A stretch of 64,000 nt of DNA from an uncultured Candidatus Peribacteria bacterium (GCA_964459205.1 CAYWKJ010000001.1:2759-66758); one strand, 5' to 3'. Counted from the stretch's first letter, positions 27,816-38,766 are shown. Translations and numbers: made by a program. Notes: generated from the letters alone by a model not told the origin.

Positions 27816-28259
27816 ATGCAAGAATCTTTATTAGATGAGAGATTAAAAGGAGCTATTTTAAGGGCAGGGAAAGAGTTGCCTTCAGATGTTGTGAGTTTTT
27901 ATGTCCAGAAGACCGGGCATAAAATTGATATTGTGATTTATGAGGCAATGATTGATCATCGCTGGAAGAAAGGTCGAATGGGAGCGGTTTACAGTAACGT
28001 TTTATTGCTGGTTATAGTTGGCTATATTTTATATGGAGCGGTTACTGAGGGGTCGATTGAGGGGCAGGAATTTGCCGCAACTACAATGACTATTTTTATT
28101 GCAGTCTTTTTCTTTCTTATTGCAGCTGGGAATTTAGCTTTGCGTTGGTTTCGGAAGCCGACTAAGAATTTTTATAAGCTTATAACTCCCAAGTTGGACG
28201 TTAAAGACCTGTATACAGCGATTGATAATTTAAAGAGCAATGTCGGAAAGCCCGACTAG
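27816..28259 (+). CDS. Hypothetical membrane protein
   Basis: 147 aa with two central TM helices. Confidence 0.4.
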   Translation: MQESLLDERLKGAILRAGKELPSDVVSFYVQKTGHKIDIVIYEAMIDHRWKKGRMGAVYSNVLLLVIVGYILYGAVTEGSIEGQEFAATTMTIFIAVFFFLIAAGNLALRWFRKPTKNFYKLITPKLDVKDLYTAIDNLKSNVGKPD

Positions 28260-29296
28260 AACTGTTCAGCAAAGCGAAGATCGCCGCTGGTTAAATGTCG
28301 AATGTCGTCGATGCCATAACGCATCATAACGAGTCTAGTTAGGCCAAAGCCAAAGGCCCAGCCTTGATAAACATCAGGATCAACACCACCGGCTCGGAGA
28401 ACATGGGGGTGAGTCATGCCGCAGCCCATAAATTCGATCCAGCCAGTGCGTTTACAAACTTTACAGCCTTTTCCGTCACAGAAAATACAAGACATGTCGA
28501 GTTCGAGTCCGGGCTCCACAAACGGGAAATAACCTGGCCTAAAGCGGATTTTCATCTCTTTTTTGAATAATCGTTGAAGGAATTCAAGCATCACGCCTTT
28601 TAAATGGGCAATAGAAATGTCTTTGTCGATCATAAGGCCTTCAACTTGGTCAAAGGTGTGTTCATGTGAGGCGTCAGTAGCTTCGTTACGGAAAACTCGT
28701 CCCGGAACAATAATTCGCAATGGGACTCCATGCTTTTTCATGGCGCGAATTTGATTAGGCGAAGTGTGCGTGCGGAGAACTAAGCGGCCCTCTTTTTTAT
28801 CGGCTTTTTTGTCGATAAAGAAAGTATCTTGCATGTCACGAGCTGGATGATCAGCCGGGATATTAAGTCCTTCAAAATTATAGTACTCGCTTTCGATTTC
28901 CGGGCCATCGATCACAGAAAAGCCCATTTGTTGAAAAATGCGTTCAACTTCTTCTTGGACCTGATAGAGTGGGTGGATATGACCTTGTTTGTAGCCTTCT
29001 CCGGGCTGAGTTAAGTCAATCCATTCATCGCTTAAGGCTTTAGAAATTTCCTCACGTTCGAATTCGTTCTGCTTAAGCTTAAATTTTCCTTCAAGTTGAA
29101 TTTTTAGTTCATTGGTGGCTTTCCCAAAAGTTTTTTTATCTTCAGAGGAAAGGTGCTTAAGTCCGCGGAGCAGCATGGTGAGCTCGCCTTTGCGGCCGAG
29201 ATATTTGGTGTGGTAAGCGTCTAAATTCGCGCTCGTCTTAACTTGGTCGAGGGCGGCTAGGGCTTCTTTTTCGAGTTTTTTTAAGTCTTCTTGCAT
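28256..29296 (-). CDS. pheS: Phenylalanine--tRNA ligase alpha subunit
   Basis: 346 aa with class II aaRS motifs (HPARDMQDTF, FRPGYFPFVEPG, GFGLTRL). Confidence 0.9.
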   Translation of the reverse strand: MQEDLKKLEKEALAALDQVKTSANLDAYHTKYLGRKGELTMLLRGLKHLSSEDKKTFGKATNELKIQLEGKFKLKQNEFEREEISKALSDEWIDLTQPGEGYKQGHIHPLYQVQEEVERIFQQMGFSVIDGPEIESEYYNFEGLNIPADHPARDMQDTFFIDKKADKKEGRLVLRTHTSPNQIRAMKKHGVPLRIIVPGRVFRNEATDASHEHTFDQVEGLMIDKDISIAHLKGVMLEFLQRLFKKEMKIRFRPGYFPFVEPGLELDMSCIFCDGKGCKVCKRTGWIEFMGCGMTHPHVLRAGGVDPDVYQGWAFGFGLTRLVMMRYGIDDIRHLTSGDLRFAEQF

Positions 29297-29350
29297 AACG
29301 CTACGTAGTTTAGCGGGGTTGGAGCTAGATGTTAAGCTCTTGTTTTAACT

Positions 29351-29803
29351 TTGAGTTGGGTTAGTAAGATTTCTCAGGATGAATTAAGAAGAGGTTGCCG
29401 TTTAGATTGCGTGTTAGATTGTCGCTCCTTGGCTAAACTAAACCAGATGGAGGCTCCTCAAAGTGAAAGGAATCTTCCCCACAATCAGAGAGTTCAGCAA
29501 AGAACTCTAAGGTTTTTAAGAGAATGGGGGTTTGAGATTGGCATGGCGGACGCAAGTCATTTAAGAAGGCTTTTGAGAGATGTTGACCTTGCAAATAAGC
29601 AATTAGATCGAAGGGGAGTAATATTAGATTATCAAAGGGTCACAATGGAAGCTGTGTATAGATGGCTTTTCCGGGTTCATGGCATTGATGTTAATAATTA
29701 CATTCCTCACGAAGTTAGAATGAACTATGAAAAGCTCTCCGAGAAAATGAGAGATATTGCGGTTATTGTGAATAGAAGAAACAGGGAAAGTGAAATGTTG
29801 TAA
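29351..29803 (+). CDS. Hypothetical protein
   Basis: 150-aa ORF. No recognisable motif and the start is uncertain. Confidence 0.3.
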   Translation: MSWVSKISQDELRRGCRLDCVLDCRSLAKLNQMEAPQSERNLPHNQRVQQRTLRFLREWGFEIGMADASHLRRLLRDVDLANKQLDRRGVILDYQRVTMEAVYRWLFRVHGIDVNNYIPHEVRMNYEKLSEKMRDIAVIVNRRNRESEML

Positions 29804-29858
29804 AACAAAAAGACCCCCAATAAATGAGGGCCTCTTTATCTCAGGAATGAGGGATTTC

Positions 29859-30134
29859 TTATTTAACAGCGTCTTTAAGAGTCTTGCCAGCTTTGAAAGC
29901 AGGAAGCTTCATTGAAGGGATTTGAATCTTTTCGCTTGGGTTACGTGGGTTAACACCAGTACGAGCAGCACGTTTGCTAACACGGAAAGTTCCGAAACCA
30001 GTAATGGTAACGTTTTGACCTTTTTTGAGTGAGGTGGTGATTGTTTCGAGCATTGCTTCTAGAGCAATTGCAGCAGCTTTTTTAGTAATACCAGCACTCT
30101 GGGCGGCTGCGTTAATGAGGTCTTGCTTTGTCAT
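29859..30134 (-). CDS. hup: HU/IHF-family DNA-binding protein
   Basis: 91 aa. Has MTKQDLI.. and GFGTFRVSKRAARTGVNPRNP, the beta-arm signature. Confidence 0.9.
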   Translation of the reverse strand: MTKQDLINAAAQSAGITKKAAAIALEAMLETITTSLKKGQNVTITGFGTFRVSKRAARTGVNPRNPSEKIQIPSMKLPAFKAGKTLKDAVK

Positions 30135-30308
30135 TTTTTAGCAAAGATTAAGAATAAAGAGACTGAGTCCGATTATAAGCGAGCGCTTTTTAAGCGCAAG
30201 GCTTTTTTGTTGCATGGAAAAGAAAAGTGTTGATTAATGGCTTATTTATGGGAAAATTCGAGCCCCTGGTTGCAAAACTGTTAGAAATACTATAAATGTA
30301 TTAAGCGT

Positions 30309-32537
30309 ATGACAAAAAACTTAGTCATTGTTGAGTCGCCGGCGAAAGCTAAGACAATTTCCAAATTTCTTGGGAAAGACTATACCGTAAAAGCTTCTAT
30401 GGGGCATGTGCGGGATCTTCCTAAATCGCAAATGGGAATTGATACTGAGAAGCATTTTGAAGCCACTTATGTGATTTCGCCAGATAAGAAAAAGGTTATT
30501 AAAGATCTGAAAAGTAAGATTAAAGCGGATACGACCGTGTGGCTCGCAACTGATTGCGACCGTGAAGGGGAAGCAATTGGATGGCATTTGCAAGAAGCTT
30601 TGAAATTAAAAAAGAGCAAGACGCATCGAATTGTTTTTCATGAAATTACTAAGCCAGCCATTATGGCCGCGTTAGAGGATCCACAAGAATTAAAAGAACA
30701 CTTAATTGACGCGCAGCAAGCTCGTCGAGTTTTGGATCGTTTAGTTGGTTATGAGCTTTCACCATTACTTTGGAAAAAAGTTCGGTACGGGCTTTCAGCG
30801 GGACGCGTGCAAAGTGTAGCGGTTCGTTTGATTGTAGATCGAGAACGTGAGCGCGACGCTTTTGAAAAAGAAGAATACTGGAGCGTAAGCGGAGAGTTTT
30901 ATGGGAAGAAGAAAACAGATACTTTTGAGGCCAAACTTCTTAAAAAAGATGACAAAAAGCTAGAAATTAAGAACGAAAAAGAAGCAAAAAAGATTTTGAA
31001 AGATTTAGATAAGGCAGAATTCAAAATTGAAAAAATTGAACATAAAGAAGTTAAAAAGAATCCAGCGCCACCATTTACAACATCAACTTTGCAACAGGAG
31101 GCCGCACGAAAATTGCGCATGTCTGTTAAAAAAACCATGGTAGTTGCGCAGCAGCTTTATGAGGGGATTAATATTGGAAAGCACCATCATGGTCTTATCA
31201 CTTACATGCGTACAGATTCGGTTAGTTTGTCTAATACGGCTACTGCGGCCATTAAAAAAATGGTGACTGAGGACCATGGAAAGGAATATGCCTTAGATAA
31301 ACCCCGAACTTTTAAGAGCAAAAAAGGCGCCCAAGAAGCGCATGAAGCAATTCGTCCGGTGGATGTGACTTTAAAACCAGCGGATTTAGAAGAGTACTTG
31401 GATAAGGATCAATTAAAACTTTATAAGTTGATTTGGAAACGCGCGATTGCGAGCCAGATGTCGCAAGCGATTATGGATCGCGAAAAAGTAGACATTTTAG
31501 ATAAAAAGCATAAATATTTGCTTCGGGCGAATGGGCAACGAGTTAAGTTCCCCGGGTTTATGAAAGTTTATATTGAAAGTTATGATCATCCAGATGATCA
31601 AACTAAGCACGATGAGCATTTGCTTCCAGAGCTTAAGGAAAAACAAGCAGTGCATACTAAAGAATTAGTGCCAGCCCAGCATTTCACTCAGCCCCCACCA
31701 CGTTATACTGAGGCGAGCTTGGTTAAAAAATTAGAATCTGAAGAGATTGGACGACCATCAACTTACGCTCCGACAATTACAACAGTTATTAATCGTGGTT
31801 ACGTAGAAAAAGATGAAGGAACACTTAAGCCAACAGATACGGCGTATGTAGTGACGGATGTTTTGGTGAAGCATTTTTCAACGATTGTAGATGTTCATTT
31901 TACCGCTAAAATGGAGGATGATTTAGATCGCATTGCCGAAGGAAAAGAAGATTGGGAAGAGTTTATGGCTGATTTTTATAAACCTTTCCACAAAAATATT
32001 GAAACTAAGATGAAAACTATTAAGAAAGAGGACGTGGTAAATGAAGAAACAGATGAGATTTGTGAAAAATGCGGATCTCCCATGGTGAAAAAACTAGGGC
32101 GTTTTGGGAAATTTTTGTCTTGCTCTAATTATCCAGAGTGTAAGCACGCTAAGCCGATTGGAGAAACAAAGGAAGAAGAAAAGGAATTTGAGGATTTGCA
32201 GAAGAAATTGGGTGGTAAAAAATGCTCTAAGTGTGGTGGTGAAATGGAGGTTAAGAAAGGTCGATATGGAGAATTTTTGGGATGCTCAAACTATCCGAAA
32301 TGCAAAAACATGCAGTCAATTGTGAAGTTTGCTGGAGTAAAATGCCCAGAATGTAAGGGTGGCCAACTAATTGAAAGACGCACCAGAAAAGGAGCAAGAG
32401 TCTTTTATGGGTGTAATAAATTTCCAAAATGTAAATTTGCGCTTTGGAACAAGCCAGTTGATAAGAAATGTAAAAAATGTAAGAGCATTATGATCGAAAA
32501 AGACGATAAAGTGGTGTGCTCTAAATGTAAGGAGTAA
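30309..32537 (+). CDS. topA: DNA topoisomerase I
   Basis: 742 aa. TOPRIM (LVIVESPAKAKTI), active-site region ITYMRTDS, and four C-terminal Cys4 zinc ribbons. Confidence 0.92.
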   Translation: MTKNLVIVESPAKAKTISKFLGKDYTVKASMGHVRDLPKSQMGIDTEKHFEATYVISPDKKKVIKDLKSKIKADTTVWLATDCDREGEAIGWHLQEALKLKKSKTHRIVFHEITKPAIMAALEDPQELKEHLIDAQQARRVLDRLVGYELSPLLWKKVRYGLSAGRVQSVAVRLIVDRERERDAFEKEEYWSVSGEFYGKKKTDTFEAKLLKKDDKKLEIKNEKEAKKILKDLDKAEFKIEKIEHKEVKKNPAPPFTTSTLQQEAARKLRMSVKKTMVVAQQLYEGINIGKHHHGLITYMRTDSVSLSNTATAAIKKMVTEDHGKEYALDKPRTFKSKKGAQEAHEAIRPVDVTLKPADLEEYLDKDQLKLYKLIWKRAIASQMSQAIMDREKVDILDKKHKYLLRANGQRVKFPGFMKVYIESYDHPDDQTKHDEHLLPELKEKQAVHTKELVPAQHFTQPPPRYTEASLVKKLESEEIGRPSTYAPTITTVINRGYVEKDEGTLKPTDTAYVVTDVLVKHFSTIVDVHFTAKMEDDLDRIAEGKEDWEEFMADFYKPFHKNIETKMKTIKKEDVVNEETDEICEKCGSPMVKKLGRFGKFLSCSNYPECKHAKPIGETKEEEKEFEDLQKKLGGKKCSKCGGEMEVKKGRYGEFLGCSNYPKCKNMQSIVKFAGVKCPECKGGQLIERRTRKGARVFYGCNKFPKCKFALWNKPVDKKCKKCKSIMIEKDDKVVCSKCKE

Positions 32538-32632
32538 AGAAGCGTCTTTATAAGGTTAGATGCTATTGCCAAAAAGGCTTTTTTTTGGTAAAATAAAGAG
32601 ATTTAAAAATAAAAACTTAAACCTAAATCATC

Positions 32633-35600
32633 ATGAAACACAAAAAACTCTTTTGGTTCAGCCTGGTGCCGACCTTTTTCATCCTTGCTGTGATGGCATT
32701 TTCTTCTGTTGCGTTGAGTTATTTTAGCCCGCCAGATGATAGTGGGGCTGTAACTGGTGTGACTTATTTAAATAACGACTCAACAGCGTTGAAAAAGGAA
32801 GCTTATCGAATAGATTTTCAGGTAGGGAATTGGTCGATTAAGGATGTTAAAGCCGCAATTGCTACGGAAAGAGCGAAAGGGAGCACAATTGCTTCAAATA
32901 AGAATCTTGAATTTGATCCAGATGGTGAAGTATATGATACGCAAAGATACGCTTACTTAGCGAATGGGAAATGGATAGATTTTGGAATATGTTCAGATCC
33001 ACAATCTGCTTGTTATAACAACAGAGTAAGGGTGGATTTGGACTTAACAGGACCATTAGCAGGCACTGGTGATGCTTATTGGTCAGGTCGAGCTTATTGG
33101 AGTGAGTCTGAAAATGGTGACGTTATTAATGATGGTTGGATTACATTTGATTGGAATTGCGACAAAGTAGAAGGAAAATGTAGCATTGAGGATCGAGTGC
33201 GTACGGATTTAGAGACAGAAGTTGTGAGTGGGTATGCGTATAGTCCAGAATTAGGTTGGCTTAATTTTAGGAATAGTAAGGAGGCTAAATACACTGTGCT
33301 TCAAGACTTGTTAGAAGTGGAAGAAGTAGAAGGATGTACCAGCATGGAAGATTTAAATGACGGCGACGTTTACCATGTAGGTGATACCTTTGTAGATTCC
33401 GGCGTTACAGTAGAGGCAATGGCCTTTCAATGGTCTGACGAAAGCTGGACATCTGCTGGGGAGACTAAAGTGAAAACTGGTACCAAGGCCGGAGGTAGCG
33501 GCAATGACTTAATGGTTAATAATATTTCTTTGGATTTTGATTTTGGGGCGTCTATATCAGGCTTAACCATGAATTTTGGTGAGTATGGAGGAAATCTTAA
33601 TCTAAAGGTTAATGATGAGCTTCGTAATTTTAATAATTTTGCGGATATTGATGGTGTTACCATTGGTGATGTAACAGCCTCGGTGACAAATGGTAATGGC
33701 AATGATAAAGGTTCATTAACATTGGATGGCACGATTAGTACATTTATTGTGGGAGGACAAGAATTATATGTTGATGATATTTGTTCAGCCGGAGAAGTAG
33801 AGACAATTCTGGTGCAGCCTATAGTTACTCTAACCCCAGATCCAGAGGACGTTACAAAATACGGCCAAGGTGGAGGCGAAGGAGCGCCTTTGGCTGATGG
33901 AGAGGATTATTATTCTTTGTCAGTTAGATTGCTTGAAACTGGTTCAATGGAAAACTTAACTGATGATTATGATGTTTCTATTGAAGTTACTCCAACTGAG
34001 GATTCATTTGTTTATAGAGATCAAGTTACTCGTTTAGATACAGATTTGGGAGCAATTGTTTTTGATGATGTTGCTTATAGCCCATCTGATGAGGCGTTTA
34101 AAGTAAGAATTCGTTCTTGGGCGCCAACTTCTAATGTGAATGGTTATGATCAAGATGCGGATGGGGATATGGATTATTACTTTGATCATGATCCAGAGGA
34201 CGCCTCTGGTTATGCTCGTTCTGATGTGGCTAATAAATATGAAATTGCCTCTATTGATATAACAGTTACTGGCGATGATGAGGTTGAATTTATAGCCTTG
34301 GAAGAAGAGTTAGTGGCGCCGCTTTGGGGGCTTACTGAGGATCAGGTAGATCTTAAATTCGCGCCGGCCATTGAAATAACTAATTTGGGTCGAGAATCCG
34401 GCGAAGCTATGGATTATTCGATTCCAAGCGTTCCAGACGAGGCGATTAATTTAAATGGTTTGGTGACAGTATGGAGTGAAGTATCAGATTTCCAAGAACT
34501 TTCATTTACAGTTAATTCTACGCTTAATTCGGGAGCATATTATTATTTATTTGATAGCAATAGTAATGGGAATTTTGTCCCGGATGAGGATGGAGCGTTT
34601 GTTGCTTCAACTTTTACCCCTGGTGGAATGACTCCTGACACGGATTTAATAAGCGCTTTTAATCACACAGGTTATTATGTCCCAGTAGATGGCTATGATC
34701 GAAGTACGGGATTAGGTAGCGGTTCAGCTGGTGGAATGATTCAAAAAACAATGCTAGTTAATGCTGATGGTTATCAGGCGGCGATAGCAGCTGTACATTC
34801 AAAAGAGCCTTTCTTTTCTAAGTTAGCTCGTTGGATGAATCCATTTTTGAAAGCTAATGCCTTAGCTATATCTAAAGATACGAGCCGTCCAGACTTAACA
34901 ATTACTAATATTTATAGGGATGGAGGCAATGAGCAACTAGTAGTTGTAGTTGAAAATATAGGAGATGATGATGTGGTTACATATCAAAATGATCCTTATA
35001 TTTACATTTACATTGATAGTGTTCGAGAGTGGACTTATTCGTATAGCACCTTGGCTGATCAGTCGTTTTTAAGTGCTGGCGGAAGTAGTGAGATCCGTCC
35101 GCAGGTTTTGGATGATGAGGCTTTGCAATATGTTGTAGAGGCCTGTGTGGACCCACGTGATTATGTTAATGAAAGTGACGAAGATAATAACTGTTACAAA
35201 GCTCAAATCGAATCTGAGCAGCTTTATTCAGATTTAATTATTAGTAGTATTTATCGAGATGATTCTAATAATCAGCTAGTAATTGAGCAGATGAACACTG
35301 GAGAAGGCGATGTAACAAGTGAAGAAGGAAATACTTATATTTGGATTGATGGAATTTTGTCATGGACTTATTCTTGGAGCACTTTGAGTGAGGCTAATAA
35401 AGAGTTTATGATTGCTGGTCAAAGTTCAGAAATTAGACCAGAGACTCTTACCCCAGATGGAGATCATTCCGTGCAAGCTTGTATTGATTACAATGGCGAG
35501 ATTGAAGAATCTGATGAGAATAATAACTGTACTTTTGCGGTTATTGGGGCTGGAGCTGATGTTGATCCGCTTTATGATCCATATATTGGTTATGCGATTG

Positions 35601-36637
35601 CGGATGAAGGAGTTACTTTTACAGTTCGTTATTATACTCACTATATGCCACTTACCGCTGGCGGGACTATTGGTTACAATGTGCCAGCCTATGACACCAA
35701 AGCAGAAGCTGATATTTCTGGTTCAGTGACTAGCTCAGAAAGTTTTGGCGCTGATTCAGGAATTGAAAATGTTGGTGGTGAATTTGATACTGATGTTCTT
35801 AGAAACCAACTTTATCAACGCTATAAGCAAATTGCGAAGGGAGCTGGTGACCCAGGCGGAGGAGCTATTTATGGGGCCATGCATCAGTCTGGTGGGGCAG
35901 AATTAATGGGTGGGGATGTGTTGTTCTTTACTGGCGATGTTATGATTAGCGCCTTGGAGGATGATTACAATGAAAAGACAATTATTGTGGAAGGTGGAAA
36001 TGTGTTTATTGATGATAATTTGAGTGGCCAGAGTTCAACTGGGCTGCTTGTTTTCCGTGATGCAACTGGTAATGGTGGTAATGTTTATGTTCATCCAGAT
36101 GTTACAGATATTCTTGCGGTTAACTTGTTTGCGGATGGCGGTCTTTACTCTTACGATGGTGATTCTGATAATATTACTCAGCCAGATTATTTAGGCTATC
36201 AAGATATTTTAACTGATTGGGATTTTAACACTAGACAAGAAACACTAACTAATCAGTTAGCTTGGACTGGTTCAATTATCGCTGATAATACAGTGGCTGG
36301 CGCAAGCGATCTTTCGGCCATGACTTTGCCAAGTGGTGAATCAACTAGTGATCGATTGGAGGCTGCGGAAAGCAGCTTGTCTGACCTGCGAACATTTGTA
36401 GCTTGTTGGGTTCAAACTGATGAATACGGAACCCCAGTTGATATAGATGAGGATGGATATAGTGGCTATGACGCTAGTGGAGACTTAGATTATGGAGACA
36501 TGGAAGATTGTGAAGGCTTTGAAAGAGCTGCATATTTTGAATATGATGGAGATTTAGAAAACGCAAATAACACACCATTCTATCTTGAATATGTGCCACC
36601 AAGTTCAACCTTGCCAGTTTTTGTAAGGGAGTCTTAA
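32633..36637 (+). CDS. Giant secreted/cell-surface protein with two CARDB-like repeats
   Basis: 1334 aa with an N-terminal TM/signal anchor and acidic, Asp/Gly-rich sequence. Two paralogous modules, PDLTITNIYRDGGNEQLVVVVENIGDDDV..ESDEDNNC and DLIISSIYRDDSNNQLVIEQMNTGEGDV..ESDENNNC, resemble CARDB domains. Confidence 0.6.
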   Translation: MKHKKLFWFSLVPTFFILAVMAFSSVALSYFSPPDDSGAVTGVTYLNNDSTALKKEAYRIDFQVGNWSIKDVKAAIATERAKGSTIASNKNLEFDPDGEVYDTQRYAYLANGKWIDFGICSDPQSACYNNRVRVDLDLTGPLAGTGDAYWSGRAYWSESENGDVINDGWITFDWNCDKVEGKCSIEDRVRTDLETEVVSGYAYSPELGWLNFRNSKEAKYTVLQDLLEVEEVEGCTSMEDLNDGDVYHVGDTFVDSGVTVEAMAFQWSDESWTSAGETKVKTGTKAGGSGNDLMVNNISLDFDFGASISGLTMNFGEYGGNLNLKVNDELRNFNNFADIDGVTIGDVTASVTNGNGNDKGSLTLDGTISTFIVGGQELYVDDICSAGEVETILVQPIVTLTPDPEDVTKYGQGGGEGAPLADGEDYYSLSVRLLETGSMENLTDDYDVSIEVTPTEDSFVYRDQVTRLDTDLGAIVFDDVAYSPSDEAFKVRIRSWAPTSNVNGYDQDADGDMDYYFDHDPEDASGYARSDVANKYEIASIDITVTGDDEVEFIALEEELVAPLWGLTEDQVDLKFAPAIEITNLGRESGEAMDYSIPSVPDEAINLNGLVTVWSEVSDFQELSFTVNSTLNSGAYYYLFDSNSNGNFVPDEDGAFVASTFTPGGMTPDTDLISAFNHTGYYVPVDGYDRSTGLGSGSAGGMIQKTMLVNADGYQAAIAAVHSKEPFFSKLARWMNPFLKANALAISKDTSRPDLTITNIYRDGGNEQLVVVVENIGDDDVVTYQNDPYIYIYIDSVREWTYSYSTLADQSFLSAGGSSEIRPQVLDDEALQYVVEACVDPRDYVNESDEDNNCYKAQIESEQLYSDLIISSIYRDDSNNQLVIEQMNTGEGDVTSEEGNTYIWIDGILSWTYSWSTLSEANKEFMIAGQSSEIRPETLTPDGDHSVQACIDYNGEIEESDENNNCTFAVIGAGADVDPLYDPYIGYAIADEGVTFTVRYYTHYMPLTAGGTIGYNVPAYDTKAEADISGSVTSSESFGADSGIENVGGEFDTDVLRNQLYQRYKQIAKGAGDPGGGAIYGAMHQSGGAELMGGDVLFFTGDVMISALEDDYNEKTIIVEGGNVFIDDNLSGQSSTGLLVFRDATGNGGNVYVHPDVTDILAVNLFADGGLYSYDGDSDNITQPDYLGYQDILTDWDFNTRQETLTNQLAWTGSIIADNTVAGASDLSAMTLPSGESTSDRLEAAESSLSDLRTFVACWVQTDEYGTPVDIDEDGYSGYDASGDLDYGDMEDCEGFERAAYFEYDGDLENANNTPFYLEYVPPSSTLPVFVRES

Positions 36638-36831
36638 GCGAATTTAATCGTAAAGAAAAGGATCAAAATTGCTAATGCAATAAGGGTAGAGAAAACAATG
36701 TAAACCCAAATAGCAAAATGGCTAGTGCGGTTTAAATAGCGAAATCTTCCAGCTTGCATAACAGCTAGGGCGCCTATAATTGCTAAGGCGAGCAGGAGAA
36801 TCAGCACGATGACTAAAAAGAAGAGTTGCAT
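36634..36831 (-). CDS. Small two-TM membrane protein
   Basis: 65 aa, strongly hydrophobic. Confidence 0.35.
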   Translation of the reverse strand: MQLFFLVIVLILLLALAIIGALAVMQAGRFRYLNRTSHFAIWVYIVFSTLIALAILILFFTIKFA

Positions 36832-36843
36832 AAACGACTAGCG

Positions 36844-38265
36844 TTAAGCATTTGCCACAAAAGAATCATACCACGACATATCAACCTCTGGATGTTTTTT
36901 CATAACATCGGCTACTACTTTTACGGCGCGATGTAGGCGTTCTTTGTCTTGGGATTCAAAGCGCATGGTGAGGTTGGGAGTGGTATTAGAGCAACGGATA
37001 ATGCCCCAAGTGTCTTGGTCAAACAGCATGCGCACTCCGTCAATGGTTATGCAGTCATAACTGGCAACAAAATGATCCTTGAGTTCGTCGACAATGCGGA
37101 ATTTGTGTTCGTCTGGGCAAGAAACTTTGATTTCTGGGGTAGCGCAAGTTTTAGGAAGCTCGTCGAAATATTCAGATAGTTTTTTGGTGTCGCGGCCTAG
37201 GAGGGCCAGGGTGCGGAGTGCAGCCACAAAAGCATCGTCGAATCCGTAATAATCTTCGGCAAAGAATAAATGGCCACTGACTTCTCCGGCAAGCAAAGCG
37301 CCTTTTTCCTGCATGGTTTTTTCTATAAAAGAGTGTCCGGTTTTGGCCATAACGGGATTGCCACCGTGTTTTTTGATGAGTTCAGGTACTATTTGAGAGG
37401 CTTTTACGTCAAAGACGACTGTGGCGCCGGGTTGGCGAGAAAGTAAATCTTCGGCTAGGAGTAATAAGTGAAGGTCTGCAGCATAGTGTTTGCCGTTTTC
37501 GTCGATTAAGCCAATCCGGTCACCATCCCCATCAAAGCCGATCCCAATATCATATTCTCCAGTTTTCATAACCTCGATAAGTTCGGTTAGGTTTTCTTCG
37601 TCTTCTGGGTTGGCTTCGTGGTTAGGGAAGTTCCCATCTAACTCACAAAAAAGCTCTTTGACTTCACAGCCAAAAGCGCGGAATAAGTCGGGTGCAAATT
37701 TTCCAGAAATTCCATTGCCAGCGTCTACCGCAATTTTTAGCGGCCGATCGATTTTGATCATTTTTTTCATGTCTTCTAAATAGAGATCAAATAAATCGTC
37801 GCGCTTGGTCAGTTTTCCTTCACCTTCTGTAAAAGAGCTTTCTTCGATGATATTGAGTACAACTTGTAGTTCGTCGCCGCAGATAGCGTGGGCCATTTTG
37901 CCAACCACTTTTATGCCATTGTATTCTTTGGGGTTATGACTGGCTGTGATGTTAATTCCACCGTCCATTTCGAGCTTGCAAGTGGCGTAGTAGAGGAGTG
38001 GGCTGCTAGCTAAATCAATATCAGTAACGTTGCAGCCAGTGGAGAGCATTCCTTTGATGAAAGCCTCTTTGATTTCGGGGGTGCTTAAGCGATTGTCGCC
38101 GCCAACTACGATTTCGGGGCCACTGTGCGCAAGCAAGTAAGTCCCGATTCCTTTTCCAATTAACTCTGCGGTTTCAGGATTCAGGTCTACTGGTTTATCA
38201 GAGGCTGGTTTATGGGCGATTCCACGGATATCATAGGCGCGAAAAATAAGGGGGTTTACTGGCAT
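36844..38265 (-). CDS. Phosphomannomutase/phosphoglucomutase family
   Basis: 473 aa. Active-site loop ITASHNPKEYNG and metal loop FDGDGDR. Confidence 0.85.
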   Translation of the reverse strand: MPVNPLIFRAYDIRGIAHKPASDKPVDLNPETAELIGKGIGTYLLAHSGPEIVVGGDNRLSTPEIKEAFIKGMLSTGCNVTDIDLASSPLLYYATCKLEMDGGINITASHNPKEYNGIKVVGKMAHAICGDELQVVLNIIEESSFTEGEGKLTKRDDLFDLYLEDMKKMIKIDRPLKIAVDAGNGISGKFAPDLFRAFGCEVKELFCELDGNFPNHEANPEDEENLTELIEVMKTGEYDIGIGFDGDGDRIGLIDENGKHYAADLHLLLLAEDLLSRQPGATVVFDVKASQIVPELIKKHGGNPVMAKTGHSFIEKTMQEKGALLAGEVSGHLFFAEDYYGFDDAFVAALRTLALLGRDTKKLSEYFDELPKTCATPEIKVSCPDEHKFRIVDELKDHFVASYDCITIDGVRMLFDQDTWGIIRCSNTTPNLTMRFESQDKERLHRAVKVVADVMKKHPEVDMSWYDSFVANA

Positions 38266-38759
38266 GTTTGAATTCGGTTAGGGCCATTAATGTTCTTAAG
38301 ATACTGAGCAACAGCGGGAGGCACAAGGTTTTCCCAGTTTTTTTCTTCTTTCATGCTGAGTCGGACCTGGGTGCCAGTAATGTTTTCAACAAAATTCACA
38401 TTAAGAACTTCGTATTGGTCATGGTTTTTAAAAAGTTTTTTAACGATTTTTGAGCCAGTATAAATAGATTGGAAGGGTGGGACAAGACGAGAGACATGAT
38501 CTACCCAAAGATCGTAATTATTAATGTTTCGAACTGGAATAATTGTGTAGCGATCGCGTGGGATAGCTAGTTTATCTAAGGTGGCAGTGATCATTTCCCA
38601 GCGTTCGCGAGTTGTAAAAGGATTGTCTGGCTCGTGGTGGTTTTCAGCGCTGCCAATTCCGATTATTAGAAAGTCGCACTTTTTTAAAGCATGCAAAACT
38701 ACACTTAAATGCCCCTTATGAAAAGGTTGGAAACGGCCGATGTAGAGGGAAGTGTTCAT
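38256..38759 (-). CDS. Nicotinamide-nucleotide adenylyltransferase (archaeal-type cytidylyltransferase fold)
   Basis: Start moved to ATG 38759. Has YIGRFQPFHKGH, an HxGH-type motif. It is adjacent to nadE. Confidence 0.65.
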   Translation of the reverse strand: MNTSLYIGRFQPFHKGHLSVVLHALKKCDFLIIGIGSAENHHEPDNPFTTRERWEMITATLDKLAIPRDRYTIIPVRNINNYDLWVDHVSRLVPPFQSIYTGSKIVKKLFKNHDQYEVLNVNFVENITGTQVRLSMKEEKNWENLVPPAVAQYLKNINGPNRIQTCQ

Positions 38760-38766
38760 GTGGTCA

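Noticed and set aside
33427-33732. Numerous 60-110 aa ORFs antisense to or nested in long genes. Examples are 33427..33732 -, 26287..26622 +, 3360..3644 +, 30899..31138 -, 51618..51857 + and 56295..56525 +.
   Set aside because: They lie fully inside well-supported genes on the other strand or frame. They have low-complexity composition and no RBS.
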